Of a DNA stretch of 64,000 bases, positions 58,807-64,000 are shown one piece after another. The stretch is taken from the IMG/VR virus record IMGVR_UViG_3300031555_004037. The stretch is one strand, 5' to 3'. Every line of letters begins with the position of its first letter. Position 1 is the first letter of the stretch. Both the position numbers and the translations under genes were made by a program. A model generated the notes under the pieces. That model searched no databases. It was not told the DNA's origin and worked only from the letters and a program-made list of their open reading frames with translations. The DNA comes from a virus. Taxonomy: Duplodnaviria; Heunggongvirae; Uroviricota; Caudoviricetes.

Positions 58807-60405
58807 ATGGAAGAAATGAGTATTTTAACAGATAAAGCATTATCAGATTCAATTTATACAAGTGACCAATTTTCTGCCGAACAGTCATTTGTAATTAATG
58901 ATATGTATAATGCTAAAATTGACGAATCAACTATTGCACAAATTGCACATCCCTGGTTATCTCCACTTTCTATGGGTTTACTTATGGACTATGTTGTGGG
59001 TGGTAATAAACTTTCAGTTGGAGAAATTAGTAAATATCAATCTTATGGCGACCAAGCAGACGATGTAGTACAACAATTATATATTGGTAAATCTCGTCAC
59101 TTATCTAAAGATAAATTAGATATTATTGCTAGACCTGATATTAAGAATAGAAAAATTATCCGTATCTTATTAGAAAAAGAAGCATCTATCACAGAAGATG
59201 ATATTAACTTATTATCTAAATTATCAACAAACACAAAATCCACTTATGTTAAATTAGCAATTACTGATTTTATCAACGGAAAAATTGATATTGAGAGATT
59301 TAGATTATTCCTTAAAGTTCTTGATAGTTTTGGAAATATTGAAATTATTAAAGAGTTATATTATAATTTGGATAGTTTCAATACTACTACTATTAATAAT
59401 TTCATTAAATTAAGTGAAATGTTAAGTCATATAACTATTAAAGAAACTTGGTTAAAGAATTTAAAATCTTTTTCAGAAAATGATTTGAATAAAATAATTA
59501 ACTTTGCTGATAAATCAGTTATTTTTAGTAAGTCAGATATTATCAATTTATTTATTACAAAAGAATGTTATAAAGTATCAGATATAACTCTTTGTAATAA
59601 ATATGGTGGTGCTGATTATACATTGTATTTTGCAAGTGGTAAGCCTACAACAGATGACCGAATTATTACATTACTTAAACGATTAAGAACTAATAAAATT
59701 TCACCAGATGTTTATAAAGCATATTTAGATAAATATGACGTATTTACTTTAATTTTCGATACAGCGTCATTATCTGATGAAGAATTAGTTATTTATATGA
59801 ATAGTTTTGATAAGTTTGGTACAAGAGATGTAAAAGCAGTTGTAGATTTGTGTAAAGTTGAAGATACTAAAACTGTTGCTGAAATGATTAAAACTATTCC
59901 TACCGAAGATTTTAGTGATTTTATAACCCTTATTGAAAAGAGTGGTACAGATTCTTCAATTTTAGTTGGTTTCTTTAAGGATAAAGGACTTATTGATAGT
60001 GTTCCAACTCTTGTCGCAAAATATGAGGTTGTTGAAACAGAAGACTATGACGAAGAAGATTACTATGATGAAGAAGAATTTAAAGATTTATTTATATCTT
60101 CAAAGAGTTTTGTTCCTATGTCATTAGATATGGGTAAAATTGCTATTAGTTTAAAAGATACACCTGATGTTGAAATTATTACAATGGAAAAAATTGAAGA
60201 TACTAAATCTAAAGAGGATGTACATAAATATTTATTCAAAATCGAAGAAGATAAACACGACCTTGAATATACTGTAAAAGTTAAAACAAAGGCAGACCTT
60301 AAAAAGGCAATTAAACGCTCAATTATATTGATTGAAGGTATTCCTGAATTTAAGGACTATTTAGTAGACTTAAATAATGCTTTAGATACATTAGAAACAA
60401 TGTAA
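58807..60405 (+). CDS. Helical hypothetical protein with degenerate N-terminal repeats
   Basis: 532-aa ORF with RBS; FSAEQ...IA.P.LS...M units. Confidence 0.65.
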   Translation: MEEMSILTDKALSDSIYTSDQFSAEQSFVINDMYNAKIDESTIAQIAHPWLSPLSMGLLMDYVVGGNKLSVGEISKYQSYGDQADDVVQQLYIGKSRHLSKDKLDIIARPDIKNRKIIRILLEKEASITEDDINLLSKLSTNTKSTYVKLAITDFINGKIDIERFRLFLKVLDSFGNIEIIKELYYNLDSFNTTTINNFIKLSEMLSHITIKETWLKNLKSFSENDLNKIINFADKSVIFSKSDIINLFITKECYKVSDITLCNKYGGADYTLYFASGKPTTDDRIITLLKRLRTNKISPDVYKAYLDKYDVFTLIFDTASLSDEELVIYMNSFDKFGTRDVKAVVDLCKVEDTKTVAEMIKTIPTEDFSDFITLIEKSGTDSSILVGFFKDKGLIDSVPTLVAKYEVVETEDYDEEDYYDEEEFKDLFISSKSFVPMSLDMGKIAISLKDTPDVEIITMEKIEDTKSKEDVHKYLFKIEEDKHDLEYTVKVKTKADLKKAIKRSIILIEGIPEFKDYLVDLNNALDTLETM

Positions 60406-60414
60406 CATATATAA

Positions 60415-60454
60415 TAGGACTTATTCGTTATTTGGATAAGTCCTACTTTCTTTT
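60415..60454 (+). terminator. Intrinsic terminator
   Basis: TAGGACTTATTC/GGATAAGTCCTA stem followed by a T-rich tract. Confidence 0.75.
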
Positions 60455-60510
60455 AAGCCCTATTTAATAATAATAGAGTGTTAATATGCTTGAAAGGAGA
60501 TGAATATGTT

Positions 60511-60708
60511 ATGATTACGGAATTAGATAGGTTTTTCTTATTTTGTTTCTTTGATAAAAGTGATTTTAATAAAGAACAATTATCTGAAATTGTTTTAGGA
60601 CTAAATGCAAAATTAAGTTATGAAAAAATATTTGCGTATGCTATTCCAATAAATCCTGCAAGTGAAATGGCTAAAATGCGTGAAAATATTGATTTACTTG
60701 AAATATAA
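60511..60708 (+). CDS. Small protein, paralog of 58603
   Basis: FF..C.FD..DFN..QL.EI.LGL...YA.P...A..M..MRE shared with 58603. Confidence 0.55.
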   Translation: MITELDRFFLFCFFDKSDFNKEQLSEIVLGLNAKLSYEKIFAYAIPINPASEMAKMRENIDLLEI

Positions 60709-60720
60709 TGGAAATTAAAC

Positions 60721-60756
60721 AATGACTTATCTTTATATTAAGATAGGTCATTTTTT
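60721..60756 (+). terminator. Intrinsic terminator
   Basis: AATGACTTATCTT/AAGATAGGTCATT stem followed by a T-tract. Confidence 0.75.
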
Positions 60757-60778
60757 ATAAAATAAGGGGGTATATATA

Positions 60779-61396
60779 ATGTATAAAGAATATGTAATTA
60801 AAGCAAATGAAGTAATTAAAAAAGTTCTTGATTATATTAATGAACATAAAGACGCTTTTAATTATATGGATTTAAAATTATATGACGCACATATGTATTA
60901 TAGTACAGAGTTTGAAAAAGATTATCCATTATTAGCCGAGTATGAAAAAACAAATTTCCACAGTGGAACAGATTATTTTTCTATCTTTTGTGAGAATTAT
61001 TATGAACGCTTTTTACTTGAATGTGACGAATATGATTGGGAATTTAAAAAATTACAACATTATATAGGAAGAACTAGCAGTTTTTATTTACACGATTTAC
61101 AAATGGATAAACCTAATTATATTATTTATGATTTATATAATAATGCAGTTGGGGCTTATGATTTTGATTATATAAATTTAGACGCTAGTGGTATGATTGT
61201 CGAAGAAGAAGATGTAGAATACCAAGAAAGAGCAATAGAGGGATTAGAATATATTATAAATGAATTTTATTCAGACGCATTAAAATATTGTAAACCTATT
61301 ATTGAATGTTATTCTATTATTGATAAGTATAAACAATACCAAGTACAATCATTTAAAGAAGATTTAGATTATTATTTAGAAGATTTAGATAATTAA
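60779..61396 (+). CDS. Acidic hypothetical protein
   Basis: RBS; 205-aa ORF. Confidence 0.65.
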   Translation: MYKEYVIKANEVIKKVLDYINEHKDAFNYMDLKLYDAHMYYSTEFEKDYPLLAEYEKTNFHSGTDYFSIFCENYYERFLLECDEYDWEFKKLQHYIGRTSSFYLHDLQMDKPNYIIYDLYNNAVGAYDFDYINLDASGMIVEEEDVEYQERAIEGLEYIINEFYSDALKYCKPIIECYSIIDKYKQYQVQSFKEDLDYYLEDLDN

Positions 61397-61409
61397 AAGG
61401 AGAAATATT

Positions 61410-61865
61410 ATGACAATACCAGAATTTTTATATGAATTAGATATTTCAAAACATTATATAGAAGAAACAGAAGATAAAATAATTATTAAAGATAACCATT
61501 GTAGAATTGAAATAATAAAAAAATTATTACATTTTGGTATCTGTGGTGGAATAGTATATTTAAATATTTTAGGTAAAGAATTACAAAATGAATTTAATAA
61601 ATACATTCATCCAGGTTGTATTAACGGACTAACTATTCCAATAGAAGAAGATTTTTATATTATATTTAATTCAAAACAGCACACAAAAGAAGAATTTCCA
61701 GTTTGGGAAATAGGAACACTTTTAGGAATATACGCTTATTCTATAACATCATTGAATGATAAATCTTTAATAACTTATGTTATTACAAATAAAGTTAAAA
61801 ACTTACCTGATTTTCCTTATGCACATAAGATTGAACAAACGAGTTTATATGAACTTATACAATAA
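61410..61865 (+). CDS. Hypothetical protein
   Basis: RBS AAGGAG. Confidence 0.6.
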   Translation: MTIPEFLYELDISKHYIEETEDKIIIKDNHCRIEIIKKLLHFGICGGIVYLNILGKELQNEFNKYIHPGCINGLTIPIEEDFYIIFNSKQHTKEEFPVWEIGTLLGIYAYSITSLNDKSLITYVITNKVKNLPDFPYAHKIEQTSLYELIQ

Positions 61866-61884
61866 TAAATAAGGGGGAACAATT

Positions 61885-62265
61885 ATGTTTAAAATGTATG
61901 TTGATTTAAATGAATTTTCAGATGGTAAATTACCAGATAGTATGTGTTATGATAGTAATACAAATATTTGTCATTATGAAGATGGAAATGACACAGTTGA
62001 TATTGATGTTCGTGGATATGTTACTGTTGTTTTTAATGACGATGTATATAGTCATTTTTCTGATATGCCAGAAGAATTACAAAAGTTATTTATAAAGGGT
62101 ACAGCTTATGATGACGACAGAGTTGTAATTAACGAAAATAATTGGTATGAAGTATTTTTTAATGACGACACAGATTATGATGTGGCAGAAATTGAGGGAT
62201 ATACAGAAAAAGAAATTAAGGAATATTGTAAAGAGTGTATGACTTTATTTAGAAAACATAATTAA
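61885..62265 (+). CDS. Acidic hypothetical protein
   Basis: RBS; NENNWYEV motif. Confidence 0.6.
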   Translation: MFKMYVDLNEFSDGKLPDSMCYDSNTNICHYEDGNDTVDIDVRGYVTVVFNDDVYSHFSDMPEELQKLFIKGTAYDDDRVVINENNWYEVFFNDDTDYDVAEIEGYTEKEIKEYCKECMTLFRKHN

Positions 62266-62279
62266 AAGGAGATATTTAT

Positions 62280-62606
62280 ATGAACCCAATAACATTTTCA
62301 CAATTTAAGAACCTACAATGGTTAAAAACTGATTCAAAAACAATGAGAATATTTATATTACCGTCAAGAACAGAATTACAAAGTTGTATAAGACCACATA
62401 ATCCTAATGTAGACGATATGACAAAACTAGAATTATTTAATTTTATAAAAGATAATTTACAAGATTATTATATTACTTTAAGATATGACGGATTAGATGT
62501 AATTGATATGACATTAGAAACAAACACAGATTTATTAAATTTTTTTGTATATTTATATAATTCAACAGATAATACAATTATACTTACATCTTCATTATTA
62601 CAATAG
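62280..62606 (+). CDS. Hypothetical protein
   Basis: RBS AAGGAG. Confidence 0.55.
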   Translation: MNPITFSQFKNLQWLKTDSKTMRIFILPSRTELQSCIRPHNPNVDDMTKLELFNFIKDNLQDYYITLRYDGLDVIDMTLETNTDLLNFFVYLYNSTDNTIILTSSLLQ

Positions 62607-62760
62607 GATAATTATTAAATATACACACATATTATGTATCTAGTATATTTGATAATTTATACTATTGTAGATTCAGTTGAATCATTAGGCGATATTATAC
62701 GCTATGGAGATGATTGTGATTTGTATACAATTTTAAGATAATAATATATGGAGGTAAATT

Positions 62761-64000
62761 ATGTTTATATTTACATTTTTAGTAATGATTGCATTATGTC
62801 AATTTGCAACTAATAAAATATTAGGAATTAGTGATGATAATAGTGTTGGATATTCATATTCAAAAAGAGATTCACTTATTATATTAGGATTTTTCCTAAT
62901 TGGACTATTATTACAGTCTTTACATTTAAGTAGAAAACTATTTTGGATTACTTGTGGAGTATATGCCACTTTAATAATTATGACTATGGTTATTCTAGCC
63001 ACTATTAAAAAGGTAATTATTGAAAAACAAAGAGAAGAATTACAAAAAATATTTGATGTACTTTCTCCTGTATTACCTAAAAATGCAGAACTTGATATGA
63101 ATAACCCACCATTTAAATTAGGTTATGACAAAAACCAAGTAAATAGAATTACTATTGAAATCAATCCTAATACATTTAAAGAAACAGTAGCAGTAAATTT
63201 ATGTTTATCGTTAAATAAATTCTTACCTAATTATGAGTGGGTAAATGAATTTGATTTTGCTTCAAGAGAATGTGCATTTGTTGGCACACCATTACCACCT
63301 CAAATTGCTAAATATAAGGGTAGTTGGATGCGTCCAGCAGAATTTATACCTATTGGTCTTTCTGGTTTAGGAGAAGTATCTTGGAATATTAACTCTTTTA
63401 AGAATGAGGGTAGGTCAAATTATATTTATGAAGATGGTAAAATTGCAAAAACAGTTGATACTCCATCTGCCCCACAAGCATTGTGTGTTGGTTCTCCTTT
63501 AGGACTTGATACAATAATTCCTACAACTAAAGGTTATAAAACTATGGAAACCATTGAGGTTGGAGATTATGTATTTGGATATAATAATACGCCTGTAGAG
63601 GTAATTGAAGTTCATAATATTATAAGTAAACCAAAAAGTGTATATAAATTAGTTTTTGGTCACGGATTTGATTGTATTGAGGTTATTTCTGATGAAATTC
63701 ATAGATTTCCTAAAATAAAATATACACCTACTAATTTGGAAGATGATAAATATTTTGAACCAATTCATTGTAAAGATTTACAAGAGGGAAATACTATAAT
63801 TGGTTATAATAGAGATTATTCTCTTTTTGAAAAGAAAAAACTTTTATTTAAAAAACCTGTTAGATGTATTACAGTAAATTCTGATTATCATATTTTTATG
63901 ATTACTGATAAGAAAAATCCTAATTGGATAGGTGGAAATAATTATTGTTATCCCGCAATATATACCTATAATACAGGTGGTGGTAAGGCTATTTATATAG
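62761..64000 (+). CDS. FtsK/SpoIIIE/TcpA-like membrane ATPase, intein-containing, running off the window end (absent from the ORF track)
   Basis: GGAGG RBS and ATG 62761; I translated it stop-free to the window end: N-terminal TMs, IPIG, PQALCVGS|intein|TGGGK P-loop. Confidence 0.8.
   Translation, partial: MFIFTFLVMIALCQFATNKILGISDDNSVGYSYSKRDSLIILGFFLIGLLLQSLHLSRKLFWITCGVYATLIIMTMVILATIKKVIIEKQREELQKIFDVLSPVLPKNAELDMNNPPFKLGYDKNQVNRITIEINPNTFKETVAVNLCLSLNKFLPNYEWVNEFDFASRECAFVGTPLPPQIAKYKGSWMRPAEFIPIGLSGLGEVSWNINSFKNEGRSNYIYEDGKIAKTVDTPSAPQALCVGSPLGLDTIIPTTKGYKTMETIEVGDYVFGYNNTPVEVIEVHNIISKPKSVYKLVFGHGFDCIEVISDEIHRFPKIKYTPTNLEDDKYFEPIHCKDLQEGNTIIGYNRDYSLFEKKKLLFKKPVRCITVNSDYHIFMITDKKNPNWIGGNNYCYPAIYTYNTGGGKAIYI
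63496..63972 (+). mobile_element. Mini-intein (159 aa), class-3-like, starting with Pro
   Basis: Block A PLGLDTIIPTTKGYKTM..I.VGD.V; block B SDEIHRF; block F PVRCITV; block G IYTYN|T; removal restores GSTGGGK. Confidence 0.8.

Noticed and set aside
62634..62741. Possible 35-aa ORF before the FtsK-like gene
   Set aside because: No clear RBS or motif, and too short to support
10005..63002. Minus-strand and nested alternative-frame ORFs in the track (e.g. 24044, 27560, 33987, 34156, 45720, 62799)
   Set aside because: They are shadows of longer + strand genes with low-complexity or biased codons, and show no RBS or motifs
1..64000. Alternative genetic code (stop-codon reassignment) as seen in some large phages
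   Set aside because: Long conserved genes are intact under the standard code, end at TAA or TAG right after their expected C-termini, and coding density is high

Overview
This 64 kb window is very AT-rich, and almost every credible gene is on the + strand. It looks like part of a very large extrachromosomal element (megaplasmid or phage-plasmid-like) of a low-GC Gram-positive host, probably Clostridia-like given its sortase and lipoprotein signals and sigma-A promoters. It combines two gene sets. The first is a Gram-positive conjugation-like set: three paralogous VirB6/TcpH-like membrane proteins (one fused to a lysozyme), a pilin-like protein, a TcpC-like protein, a VirD4-like coupling ATPase, a Replic_Relax-like protein, an FtsK/TcpA-like ATPase, M23 and C39 peptidases, a signal peptidase and a ~3000-aa sortase-anchored adhesin. 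The second is large-phage-like: Rad50/Mre11, SSBs, NrdD/NrdG, an HD alarmone hydrolase, phosphoesterases and GIY-YIG nucleases. I recognised no capsid, terminase or tail genes. The most striking unexplained signal is an array of four structured units (5096-5475) just downstream of a DUF2828/TROVE-vWA (Ro60-like) gene. Each unit has a covarying terminal stem, an invariant CAGCAAT motif and a variable interior, making this a candidate Ro-like protein plus small-RNA array system. Also present: a group I intron with a LAGLIDADG endonuclease splitting the nrdD MGCR motif; a Pro-initiated class-3-like mini-intein in the P-loop of an ORF missing from the ORF track, possibly followed by a second intein; a recurrent intergenic CTATTTAAT motif; GTTTACATAA repeat clusters around a candidate origin or control region; and apparent GATC/CATG avoidance. 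All family assignments come from motif recognition by eye, not database searches.
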